Assembly: GCA_963718615.1 (NCBI GenBank)
Contig: OY970368.1
Location: forward strand, 2,784,001 to 2,848,000
Length of the DNA: 64,000 nucleotides
Direction: 5' to 3'
Source: an uncultured cyanobacterium
GTDB taxonomy: Bacteria > Cyanobacteriota > Cyanobacteriia > PCC-9006 > JAAUQQ01
Position 1 is the first letter of the stretch; every line of letters begins with the position of its first letter. A model generated the notes under the pieces. The model did not search any database. It was given only the letters and a program-made list of their open reading frames with translations, and had not been told where the DNA came from. The translations under genes and the position numbers were made by a program. Below are positions 19,725 to 28,901 of the stretch, piece by piece.

Positions 19725-20864
19725 CTATCCTTTCTTCTTAGTCAGATTAATAAAGAAGAGATGGGTTCCAAATGATTCTTCTAAGAATCCTTTCAATGCA
19801 GAACTAACTTTAGAACTCCAGTAGGATCTAAACTCATGTATTCTATACTTTGCATACAAAGCCTTGAGAAATAACCGATTCTTTTTGACTGTAAAGCTAT
19901 TCAATAGACCCTGATATGAATAAATCTGCTTTGGAGATTCAATACATTCAATTACCTGTCGAGCAAATCGATCCCAGTTATAATAATTTTCCAATGCTAT
20001 TTTTGATTTTCTTTGAAAATCTATCAAAATAGATGCGTCAACTGTATTAAGATGCTGGATTATCTCGGATGACTTTTCAATATCATCCAGTGGTATGTTA
20101 ACAAACCAATCCTCATTATAGTAACCGCTTTGAGGTGTACAGACAGGTATCAATCCCCATGCAGCAGACTCAAGTATAGTAGTAGGATTTGCATCTGAGC
20201 GACCGCAAGTTAGTAAGAAATCATATTCTTTAATAAGATCAAGACTTGATGATTGGCTGAAATCCCTAGTGCCATGCGCTATGATTTTATCTGAATCTAT
20301 TTTCCCTCCTCCAATCCAACCGATATGAATGTTGGGATTCTCATTGGCAAGTTTTGCAAGAAAATCACATCCTTTGAAATCAGCTGTTCTTCCAATGTAT
20401 AAAAAACGCCTCTTTCCAGCCTCATTAAATGATTCTTTTACTCTTCTGAAATTATGTGTGTTAACTGCTAAATCTAAATGAATAAACCAAGGTTTCCAAT
20501 GAGCGACTAAGCTATCTGAAATAGTATCATTCCAATACTTTCCACAAATAGCTAAATAGTTGTCTGACAAGGTAACAAGATCGTCAAAGTAAGCAATATA
20601 TCGAGGGTATGCATGGGCGAATGGATTCATAAGAATTCGCTTATGCCATCCATCCTTGTGAAAGTTCCTTGTAAAAACTGTTTTTGGATCAGGATTTGGA
20701 TGCCCAATTAATATATCTCCTTCTTTGGGATAAATTTCTAGATTATCTGCCCAATCATATACTTTGACATCATATTTAAGAGCTAGTCTGCTGGCAAGTT
20801 CATTTGTGATTGCGTAAGGAGTTGATTTCTTTTCGCCTTTTACGTAGACTAGATGTATAGTCAT
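19725..20864 (-). CDS. Divergent GT-B/GT4-like glycosyltransferase, AT-rich
   Basis: FLYIGR..FKG and DANPTTILESAAWG (D-x7-E variant of the GT4 motif). Confidence 0.8.
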   Translation of the reverse strand: MTIHLVYVKGEKKSTPYAITNELASRLALKYDVKVYDWADNLEIYPKEGDILIGHPNPDPKTVFTRNFHKDGWHKRILMNPFAHAYPRYIAYFDDLVTLSDNYLAICGKYWNDTISDSLVAHWKPWFIHLDLAVNTHNFRRVKESFNEAGKRRFLYIGRTADFKGCDFLAKLANENPNIHIGWIGGGKIDSDKIIAHGTRDFSQSSSLDLIKEYDFLLTCGRSDANPTTILESAAWGLIPVCTPQSGYYNEDWFVNIPLDDIEKSSEIIQHLNTVDASILIDFQRKSKIALENYYNWDRFARQVIECIESPKQIYSYQGLLNSFTVKKNRLFLKALYAKYRIHEFRSYWSSKVSSALKGFLEESFGTHLFFINLTKKKG

Positions 20865-20891
20865 ATCTCTTGTTATAAATAATTTTAAGAA

Positions 20892-22193
20892 CTACATATT
20901 CGATGTCAATCTGGTTGTTGAAAGAATATTCCAACTCAAGATTGGTAAAATACTACCATTGCGTCCTTCGCCACACTTCACAATTGGACTATCCAAATCC
21001 ACTAAATCAAAAGAAACCTCCTTTGAAAAAATGTCAAGAATCTCTACTGCGGGAATGGTGCTAGAAACTTTTATTGCGTATTCACCTCCTCTCATTAAAT
21101 AGATTGGAATTTCTACTCTAGCAATATACTCTCCTGCTTCCATTCTTTTGTCTCTACTTTCTATTGGCTTTTGATCCCAATTTGTACTTGAAAAAATAAT
21201 TCCATGCTGAAGACTTTGAATTTCGAATGCAATTCCATAGCCTCTTCCGGGAGATAAAACTTGAAATGTTATCTCCAAATAAGCTCTGCTTCTGGAGATT
21301 ATTTCGGTTTGGGTTAATCCGGCTTCGTCTGTTATACGAACACGTCTTATTTTTAGTTTCTGATTATCTTTTAAAGGTCCTAAGTCAGTGACTTCACCAG
21401 TCATCTGACTACTAGATGAAGAGTATTGTGAAATGATTTTCTCGATCCTATCATTTCCCACACAAATACCCTTGCTTAACAAGATTCCCTTATTGCATAA
21501 AGAAGATATCGTACCCATGTTATGACTCACAAAAATCACCGTCCTACCCTCTTTCCCCACATCCTCCATCTTTCCCAAACACTTCTTCTGAAACTGCGCA
21601 TCCCCCACCGCCAACACCTCATCCACAATCAAAATCTCCGGCTCCAAATGCGCCGCCACCGCAAATGCCAACCGCACATACATCCCGCTGGAATAACGCT
21701 TTACGGGCGTATCCAAAAACTTCTCCACCTCCGCAAACGCCACAATTTCATCAAACTTTCGCTTAATCTCCGCCTTGCCCATGCCTAAAATGGCACCGTT
21801 CAGGTAGATGTTTTCGCGGCCCGTTAGCTCCGGATGGAACCCCGTTCCCACCTCAAGCAAGCTGGCGACTCGACCCTTAATTGAAATCCGTCCTTCCGTG
21901 GGTTCGACGATGCGGCTGAGGATTTTCAGGAGTGTTGATTTGCCTGCGCCGTTGCGGCCAATGATGCCAACTCGGTCTCCTTGCTTAATCTCAAACGAAA
22001 CATCCTTCAGTGCCCAAAATTCCTCCCGGCTCGGTGACTCCAGTTTCGACCTTTTGCCAAAAGACTTTGCCAACAAATTTGCTCCATCCGCCATCACATC
22101 GCGAAGGGCTTTGTAATTGCTACGCCCTTCTTGCTGATGACTCAGTAGATATTTTTTCCCTAGATTCTCAACTCGAATAATAGTGTCAGACAT
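20892..22193 (-). CDS. wzt: Polysaccharide ABC exporter ATPase with C-terminal Wzt_C domain
   Basis: GRNGAGKST, YSSGMYVRLAF, DEVLAVGD and VSH motifs, plus a C-terminal beta-sandwich. Confidence 0.93.
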   Translation of the reverse strand: MSDTIIRVENLGKKYLLSHQQEGRSNYKALRDVMADGANLLAKSFGKRSKLESPSREEFWALKDVSFEIKQGDRVGIIGRNGAGKSTLLKILSRIVEPTEGRISIKGRVASLLEVGTGFHPELTGRENIYLNGAILGMGKAEIKRKFDEIVAFAEVEKFLDTPVKRYSSGMYVRLAFAVAAHLEPEILIVDEVLAVGDAQFQKKCLGKMEDVGKEGRTVIFVSHNMGTISSLCNKGILLSKGICVGNDRIEKIISQYSSSSSQMTGEVTDLGPLKDNQKLKIRRVRITDEAGLTQTEIISRSRAYLEITFQVLSPGRGYGIAFEIQSLQHGIIFSSTNWDQKPIESRDKRMEAGEYIARVEIPIYLMRGGEYAIKVSSTIPAVEILDIFSKEVSFDLVDLDSPIVKCGEGRNGSILPILSWNILSTTRLTSNM

Positions 22194-22259
22194 CGTTAAC
22201 TCATAAAACTGGATCGGTGATTAGATCAACGCTTTCGTAGGCATAGCTAAAAGAAAATT

Positions 22260-22886
22260 CTAGGAGTTTTCATATTCTAGCCTCCCCAACACAATTAAAC
22301 TCTCCACATCCTCTAAAGCTTCTGGAAAATACATTTGAATAACCTGACGAATTTTTTCTAGCTCCTCTTCACCGGCTCCTCCCAACATTCGACTCACATC
22401 GGCCAAATCTTGAGCGCGGCTCGCCTGGATTTTCATCAATACCAAATAGGGCAACGCGATCACCGGCAGACCATCTGGGGAATAATTGGGTTGAGCCAAA
22501 GCCGTCGAGATCCAATCTGCCTCAGAAATCAAAACATCCAAAGAAGTACCATCCACGAGCTGCCACTGGCTTCCTGGAATGCCCAGTTCTCCGATTCTGA
22601 TTGCGCTTGCCTTTTCCAGCAGCGCATACACAGTAGAAGTTTCCTGCATTGATATCAAAATATCTAAATCCAAAGTAGACCGCTCAGGCATGTACATTCG
22701 AGTCGCAACGCCCCCCACGATAACAAACAGGCCAGGCAGCAAGATCTGATTTAAGTCACTCACGGTATGCACCCACGTTCTTCGTTGCAACAAAGCCAAG
22801 CCACTGCCTGAACCTGGCTTAACCCGCTTCAGTGCCAGCTCAATAAAACGACGACGAAAATCATTCCGAACAATCCCCAACGTCAT
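22260..22886 (-). CDS. Nucleotidyltransferase-fold protein (Pol-beta superfamily; AbiEii/DUF6036-like)
   Basis: VGGVA-x7-RSTLDLDIL, SLDVL and LVLMK..ASRAQDLAD motifs. Confidence 0.7.
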   Translation of the reverse strand: MTLGIVRNDFRRRFIELALKRVKPGSGSGLALLQRRTWVHTVSDLNQILLPGLFVIVGGVATRMYMPERSTLDLDILISMQETSTVYALLEKASAIRIGELGIPGSQWQLVDGTSLDVLISEADWISTALAQPNYSPDGLPVIALPYLVLMKIQASRAQDLADVSRMLGGAGEEELEKIRQVIQMYFPEALEDVESLIVLGRLEYENS

Positions 22887-22927
22887 TTAAAAACCTCCTG
22901 ACTCAGTGATGTAAACTCAATCTCTCC

Positions 22928-23797
22928 CTAAATCACATCCGCAAACCGCTTTTCCATTTTACGGAAATACCAAATCCCTGTCATAAGCAAGAACACAACT
23001 AAACCCACAGATAGCAAAAATCCAGGTATATACAGTGACGAAGTGCCACCCAAAATGGCCCAGCGGAAGCCGTCAATTACACCCACCATCGGATTCAGTG
23101 AATAGAGCAATCGCCATTGGGTTGGGACAATGCTGCTACTGAAACCCACCGGAGAAATATACAAACCAAACTGAACAATAAAGGGAACAATATAGCGAAA
23201 ATCTCGATACTCGACATTTAAGGCGGCTAGCCAGAGTCCTGCACCGATGGAGGCGGCGAAGGCGATCGCCACAAACCCCGGCAATGTCAAAATCCGCCAG
23301 CCCGGCACAAAATTATAGTAGGCCATTAACCCCAGCAAAATAATGCCGGAAATCATGAAATCCACAAAACTGACAATCACCGCACTGGCGGGGACGACCA
23401 ATCTAGGGAAATAGACCTTCGAGATTAAATTGGAATTGCTAATCAAACTATTGCTACATTCACTCAAGGCATTGGCAAAAAACTGCCAAGGCAGCATGGC
23501 GGAAAAGACCAAGATGGGATAGGGGGCTCCTTCCGAGGGCAGCTTGGCCAAATTGCCAAACACAACGCTGAAAACGACCATCGTCAAAAACGGTCGAATC
23601 AACGCCCAAGCCAAACCAATCACGGTCTGCTTGTAGCGCACCAAAATATCACGCCAAGCCAGAAAGTAAAACAATTCCCGATACGTCCAGATATCTTTCC
23701 AATACTGACGTTCGGCCCGGCCTGCTTCAATAATTAGTTCCGGCGGAGAACCCTGCTGCTTCGTCATAAACTGGGGAGGGGATGCCGTTCTCATCAT
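22928..23797 (-). CDS. wzm: Polysaccharide ABC exporter permease
   Basis: RDILVRYKQT..G..W, KVYFPR, YRDF and NPM motifs; about 6 TM helices. Confidence 0.93.
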   Translation of the reverse strand: MMRTASPPQFMTKQQGSPPELIIEAGRAERQYWKDIWTYRELFYFLAWRDILVRYKQTVIGLAWALIRPFLTMVVFSVVFGNLAKLPSEGAPYPILVFSAMLPWQFFANALSECSNSLISNSNLISKVYFPRLVVPASAVIVSFVDFMISGIILLGLMAYYNFVPGWRILTLPGFVAIAFAASIGAGLWLAALNVEYRDFRYIVPFIVQFGLYISPVGFSSSIVPTQWRLLYSLNPMVGVIDGFRWAILGGTSSLYIPGFLLSVGLVVFLLMTGIWYFRKMEKRFADVI

Positions 23798-23999
23798 TAG
23801 GATGCGGTAACAATAAAATAGTAATCGATTCCAGCAGTCATGTTTAGATCCCGGTTTAGATCAAAGGACTGCTTCCGTATATATACAGAGGAGTTTACGC
23901 CTACTAACCTATTTCCCCGACCCAGTTTCCGTTCCCGGATGAAAACCGAGAAAAACACCCGAATTTATGGAAACCTTACACTGTGCTGGGTTGAGTTCC

Positions 24000-25133
24000 C
24001 TACTTACCCTTCGGTTTTTCTAGCTCCTTTTCTAGCCCCGGCCAGCGCCGCAGCCAATGCCGCAGATTCGCCTCCGAGGGGCTGGCTTTTGCGTTCGGAT
24101 CACTGAGCAACTGCCGCAGTTCCGCAGCGGCTTGGCCAGTTTGCTGCTCCCAAACCTGACAGAGTTCGTCCAGATCGACCCGGCGATCGCCCAGTCCCAG
24201 AAACCGCTGAAGCCGTCGCTGTTCCGCTGCCTGCCATTGCGATCGCACAAACCCCGTGCAGCCTGCTCGCCGCAGGACCCCCGCCAACGCCTGCACATAG
24301 GCTTCACTGTTATTTTCGATTGGCGGTACCACGGGCTGAATCGGCCCCCAGCGACGGTTTTGGGCAACGATCGCCACGATGAGCAACACCAACCCCTGCA
24401 CCCCGATCAAGAGCAACGGTGTCCGCAGGAAATAATCTCCCCAGGTTTTCAGTCCTGCCTGGAGTCGCTGTTCGCGATCGCGATACCCATGGCTAAATTC
24501 ATTCACCCAAACCGCCCCGTCCTTTGCCCCGTCCTTTGCCCCAACCAGGTCTGCCAACCAAGCAAAATTTCCAGGGGCATCCTGATAGGCATTGGCCGCT
24601 AAGTGGGGGGTCACCGCTTCGATCCGCCCCGCCGCCGTGGACCAGACGATCGCCCCAAAGGTATCCGCCAACAGCGCCGACTCCTGGGTGGCGAGTCGAT
24701 GCCGTCGCTTGGTTTCCAGCGTCACTGCCCCCTGCTTCGTGGCGACTACCGTTTGAAACGGGGCAGCCGTTGCTTCACCCCCAGCGGCAAGGACAATTAA
24801 CCGATTGCCCTGGTCCAGCCAGCGGGCGATCGCCTCTCCTTGGCTCAACTGATCCTGCTGCCACGTCGGCGGATTGCCAACCTGGAGGAGTGTGGTTCCC
24901 GTCTGGTGTGCGGGTTCCTGAAGCCACTGGGCCAAAGGTTTACGCCAGCGCTGAATCGGCGTTCCCTGTTGTTCGAGATAGGCATACCAGGCCCCATAGC
25001 CATCGGGGGCGCGATTGTAGGTTGATCCGCGACGGTTATAGGTTTGAGCAGGGGCCAGGAGCAGCGTCAGGCCCAAGATTACGGCGATCGCAATCAAAAT
25101 CCCATTGCGGTAGCGAAGCCAGGATTTGTTCAT
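24000..25133 (-). CDS. DUF4350-like membrane-anchored protein
   Basis: N-terminal TM, GSTY..APDGYGAWY, EFSHGY, a second TM and RRWG; follows a DUF4129-like gene. Confidence 0.75.
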   Translation of the reverse strand: MNKSWLRYRNGILIAIAVILGLTLLLAPAQTYNRRGSTYNRAPDGYGAWYAYLEQQGTPIQRWRKPLAQWLQEPAHQTGTTLLQVGNPPTWQQDQLSQGEAIARWLDQGNRLIVLAAGGEATAAPFQTVVATKQGAVTLETKRRHRLATQESALLADTFGAIVWSTAAGRIEAVTPHLAANAYQDAPGNFAWLADLVGAKDGAKDGAVWVNEFSHGYRDREQRLQAGLKTWGDYFLRTPLLLIGVQGLVLLIVAIVAQNRRWGPIQPVVPPIENNSEAYVQALAGVLRRAGCTGFVRSQWQAAEQRRLQRFLGLGDRRVDLDELCQVWEQQTGQAAAELRQLLSDPNAKASPSEANLRHWLRRWPGLEKELEKPKGK

Positions 25134-25159
25134 GGGGTTTCATGGGGTTTCATGGGATA

Positions 25160-25774
25160 TCACGGAGCTTGTTCGATCTGCTCAAAGGCTTGCAGGCAAT
25201 CTTGAAAGAGGGCAGCATTGGCGCGATCGCCCCCAAACCACAGCCGTTCATGGGTCATCAACAGCAACCGATAGGCCGCCAGGGGCGAGAGATGGCCCAC
25301 GAGCTGGGTATATTCTTGGTCCGTGCGGCTGGGCTGCTGGGGCACTTGGCCGGTTTGGTCGAGGCGATGGAGTAGCGCCAGGTAAAGCGCTCGACAGGCG
25401 AGATCGTAGTTTTGGGCCTGTTGCTGCCGTTGGGCTTCCTTCAGCCAGTGGGAAAGACTGTGCTGATCAAAGGGATCGAGGGGCGATCGCGTCCCCGAAT
25501 TTTCCCGTCGCGGACCCAGTCGAAACCGACGCCCTAGGCGATAGAGCAAATACGCCAGCAGTGCCAGCAAAATCGCGAGGGTGACGGGCCATTGGTGGGC
25601 AATCCAGCGAAAAAAGGCCCCAATCCAACCTAGCGAAGACTCATCCCCCCAATCGGGAAAAAACGCCGGGGCATCCCACTGGGAGAGCTTCCACTCCATC
25701 CATTCACGGGCACGGCGGGTTGAAGTTTCCCAGAACCAGCCAGGACTGGATTTTTGAAACGAGGACAGGGGCAT
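25160..25774 (-). CDS. DUF4129-like membrane protein
   Basis: A TM helix followed by ACRALYLALL..L, SRTDQEY and HERLWFG. Confidence 0.75.
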   Translation of the reverse strand: MPLSSFQKSSPGWFWETSTRRAREWMEWKLSQWDAPAFFPDWGDESSLGWIGAFFRWIAHQWPVTLAILLALLAYLLYRLGRRFRLGPRRENSGTRSPLDPFDQHSLSHWLKEAQRQQQAQNYDLACRALYLALLHRLDQTGQVPQQPSRTDQEYTQLVGHLSPLAAYRLLLMTHERLWFGGDRANAALFQDCLQAFEQIEQAP

Positions 25775-25871
25775 GGGAATCAGGGGCGAATCGGGGACGA
25801 ATCAGGGAAGACGACGGATTTTGAACAATTCATCGATAATTGAGATGCCCATAGTTTAGCCTTGCGCTGCC

Positions 25872-26540
25872 ATGCCGACGCCTGCAACGATTACTCACAT
25901 TATCTTTGACCTTGATGGTCTATTGCTCAATACGGAGACACTCCATGCCGGGGTAAATCAGGAAATTGCAGCTCGCTATGGCAAAACCTACGGGCCGGAA
26001 GCCAAGGCCCAGGTGGTGGGCAAACGCGCCCTGGAATCTTCCCAGGCGTTGGTGGATGTCCTTGGGTTGCCGCTGAGTGCCCAGGCTTGCCGCGAGACTC
26101 GCCATCAAATGATGCGCGATCGCTACCGTCACACCCAGCTCATGCCCGGTGCGGAGGGGTTGACGCAGTTTTTCTATGACCGGGCGATTCCCATGGCGAT
26201 CGCCACCAGCTCCCACGCGGAAAATTTTCAACTCAAAACCACCCACCATCAGGACTGGCTCCAACGGTTCCGCTGTATCGTCAAAGGGGATGACCCCGAA
26301 CTCCAGGCGGGGAAGCCCGCGCCGGATATTTTTCTGCTGGCGGCCCAGCGACTCGGGGCCAATCCCCACCATTGCTTGGTGTTTGAGGATTCCCCTGCGG
26401 GGGTGGCGGCGGCGCGCCAAGCGGAGATGGCGGTGGTAGCGATTCCGGATCCTGACTTGGACCCATCACTCTTTCACGCGGCCCATCAGATTTTGCCAGA
26501 CCTGGGCAGCTTTTTACCCCAGACCTGGAATTTGGCTTAA
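25872..26540 (+). CDS. HAD-IA family phosphatase (HDHD1/GS1-like)
   Basis: FDLDGLLLNTE, ATSS, GKPAPDIF and FEDSPAG motifs. Confidence 0.9.
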   Translation: MPTPATITHIIFDLDGLLLNTETLHAGVNQEIAARYGKTYGPEAKAQVVGKRALESSQALVDVLGLPLSAQACRETRHQMMRDRYRHTQLMPGAEGLTQFFYDRAIPMAIATSSHAENFQLKTTHHQDWLQRFRCIVKGDDPELQAGKPAPDIFLLAAQRLGANPHHCLVFEDSPAGVAAARQAEMAVVAIPDPDLDPSLFHAAHQILPDLGSFLPQTWNLA

Positions 26541-26559
26541 GTTTTGTTGGAATTTTCCC

Positions 26560-26868
26560 ATGCTCATCGAACCCGTTCAGCGATTTTGGCGATCGCTCTG
26601 TCATCTGGCCGAAATTGATCCCCCCCACCTGATTGAATTTGTCATGCTGTTGCTGGCGATCGCCATTACGACGCTGGCCTGGGGAGGCCATTTGGACTGG
26701 GAGTTTTGGGTCTTGGGGCTCAGTTTGGGGATTGGGGCAGCGGCCTGTTGCTTGGTGCGAGAATTGCTGATGGTGGGCGCACCGAACCCCACCCGGCGAT
26801 TATTGGCCGTGCTGATGCTGCTGTTTGGCAGTTATACCCTCTGGGATACGGTGCGCTATTGGATTTGA
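26560..26868 (+). CDS. Small membrane protein of unknown function
   Basis: 102 aa, three hydrophobic segments, co-directional between two real genes. Confidence 0.65.
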   Translation: MLIEPVQRFWRSLCHLAEIDPPHLIEFVMLLLAIAITTLAWGGHLDWEFWVLGLSLGIGAAACCLVRELLMVGAPNPTRRLLAVLMLLFGSYTLWDTVRYWI

Positions 26869-26927
26869 GCCGTTAATCGAGTCTAATGTGTAAATTGATG
26901 CAAGCTTAAATCTGTCTTGGAATTCAG

Positions 26928-28901
26928 ATGGTTATGCCATTTTTGCAGCGCGTCTTGGGGCAACTCTTTGAATCGGCTCGATTTTTGGGGCCTTTGCGAT
27001 GGGAGATCGCTCTGGCAACGTTTCGCGGTTTGGCGAAAGTTTGGCCTCAGGCCGCCTGGATTCAGCGGGATTTGGGTCGAGCCTACACGGGCAAAGGAGA
27101 TCTAGGGGCAGCGGAGCAGGCCTGTCAGCGGGCGGTAGCCTTAACGCCGGAGGATCCTTGGGCCTATGTTGCCTTGGCCGAATGCCAAATGTACCAGAAC
27201 CGTTGGGACGAGGCCCTAGTGACCAGTCAGCAGGCGTTGCAGCTCGATCCCAGTTCCCCCTGGCTGCATCACACCTACGGCAAGGCGCTGTTGGGGGCTG
27301 AGCGTTACGAAGCGACGATCGCCGCCTGCCAAACGGCGCTGCAGCTCGACGATACGGTGTCTTGGTTTTACTACCACCAGGGAGAAGCCCTAACCAAGCT
27401 CTGTCGCTGGGAGGAGGCGATCGCCTGTCTAGAAAAATCCCTGGCGCTCAATGGCGGGTTTCCCTGGGCCAAGTTTTATTTGGGCAAAGCGCTGCTGGGG
27501 GTGGATCGCTATGGGGAGGCGATCGCCCTCTTCCAAGACGCTGAGCAGAGCCATCGGGACATGCCGGAGTTTGGCCATCTGCGCACCTATGCCCAGTTTC
27601 TCCAGGAGCAGGACGCGCGGATTGAAGACTATTTACAAGGACGGTTGCAGGCCAAGGCGACGATGGATGAGGCGGGCGATCGCCCCTTGGATGTGTTGAT
27701 GATTACGCCCTATCCCACCTATCCGCCGACCCTGGGCGCACTTACCCGTATGCACTATGAAGCCAGGGGGCTGGGCCAGCGCCATCGCTTGGTGGTGGCT
27801 TCGTTTATCTTTGCGCCGCAGGATACGGGCATTGTGGAAAACATGGCGGACTACTGCGATTTACCGATTGTGGTGCAGTTGGGAGATGCCTTGCCCCGTC
27901 AGCCGGACGAGCCCCATTTAATTCATAAATATAGTAGCGATCGCCTGCGTCGTATTCTCCAAAGGCTCGAACCCCTGGGGTTTGATCTAGTCACGTTCAA
28001 TTTCATTTACATGGCCCAATATGCGGAGTTGTTTCCTCGGGCTTTTCGGGTCTTGGAAGAACACAATATCGAGTCGAGTTTGCTCCAGCGGTTTGCAACG
28101 CTCAACCCCGAAAAAAATAAAGTAGACCAGCTACGGCGGGAGGCGGAGGCGGTGGAAGCCTTTGTGAACGCAGATCAGGAAACCCAGCGGCTAGCGGCCT
28201 ACGAAGATCGGCTTTGGCCCCAGTTTCCGCTGCGGACAGTGGTGAGTGCCCTAGACCAAGCAGAAATGGACCGCCGCTGTCCCCCAGGGGAAGATCGCGG
28301 AGAAACCTGGATTGTCCATAACGGCATTGATGTCCGCCAAACGCCGCTGCTCGAACCCATACCGGTCCGCAAACTCTTTTTCTTTGGCACGCTGAGTTAT
28401 TTTCCCAATATTGACGGGGCTTGCTATTTTGTCGAAGAAATTTTGCCCCTGATCTGGCGGCAGGCCCCCGAGCTCAAACTCTGCATTGCTGGGGCCGATC
28501 CGCCCCAAACCCTCTGGGATTATATGAAGGATCCCCGCATTGAGGTGATCGCCAATCCCGAGGACATGAATGCGGTGGCCCAAACCTGTAGCATTTCCGT
28601 CGTGCCCCTGCGGGTCGGCAGCGGTACCCGCATCAAGATTTTGCATGCCATGGCGCTGGGGCTACCGGTGGTCTCTACCCAGGTCGGGTGTGAAGGATTA
28701 GAGGCGGAAGATGGCGAGCATCTACTGATTCGCAACGAACCTGAACGTTTTGCCCAGGGGGTGGTGGCGCTCTATCGGGATGAGGCGCTGCGCCAACGGT
28801 TGCGGGAACAGGGGCGATCGCTCGTCGAGTCGCGCTACGACTGGCAGACGATTTACCAGGACTACGAAGCCAAACTGGTTAAGCGGGTTCGGACTCCCTG
28901 A
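26928..28901 (+). CDS. TPR-repeat plus GT4 glycosyltransferase fusion
   Basis: N-terminal TPRs; C-terminal HNIES, NGID, PNIDG and GSGTRIKILHAMALGLP motifs. Confidence 0.88.
   Translation: MVMPFLQRVLGQLFESARFLGPLRWEIALATFRGLAKVWPQAAWIQRDLGRAYTGKGDLGAAEQACQRAVALTPEDPWAYVALAECQMYQNRWDEALVTSQQALQLDPSSPWLHHTYGKALLGAERYEATIAACQTALQLDDTVSWFYYHQGEALTKLCRWEEAIACLEKSLALNGGFPWAKFYLGKALLGVDRYGEAIALFQDAEQSHRDMPEFGHLRTYAQFLQEQDARIEDYLQGRLQAKATMDEAGDRPLDVLMITPYPTYPPTLGALTRMHYEARGLGQRHRLVVASFIFAPQDTGIVENMADYCDLPIVVQLGDALPRQPDEPHLIHKYSSDRLRRILQRLEPLGFDLVTFNFIYMAQYAELFPRAFRVLEEHNIESSLLQRFATLNPEKNKVDQLRREAEAVEAFVNADQETQRLAAYEDRLWPQFPLRTVVSALDQAEMDRRCPPGEDRGETWIVHNGIDVRQTPLLEPIPVRKLFFFGTLSYFPNIDGACYFVEEILPLIWRQAPELKLCIAGADPPQTLWDYMKDPRIEVIANPEDMNAVAQTCSISVVPLRVGSGTRIKILHAMALGLPVVSTQVGCEGLEAEDGEHLLIRNEPERFAQGVVALYRDEALRQRLREQGRSLVESRYDWQTIYQDYEAKLVKRVRTP

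Noticed and set aside
21823-21831. GTTAGCTCC match to the tRNA-Ala 3' end as a possible attR
   Set aside because: Only 9 bp, inside the conserved PELTG codons of wzt, and there is no integrase; chance match.
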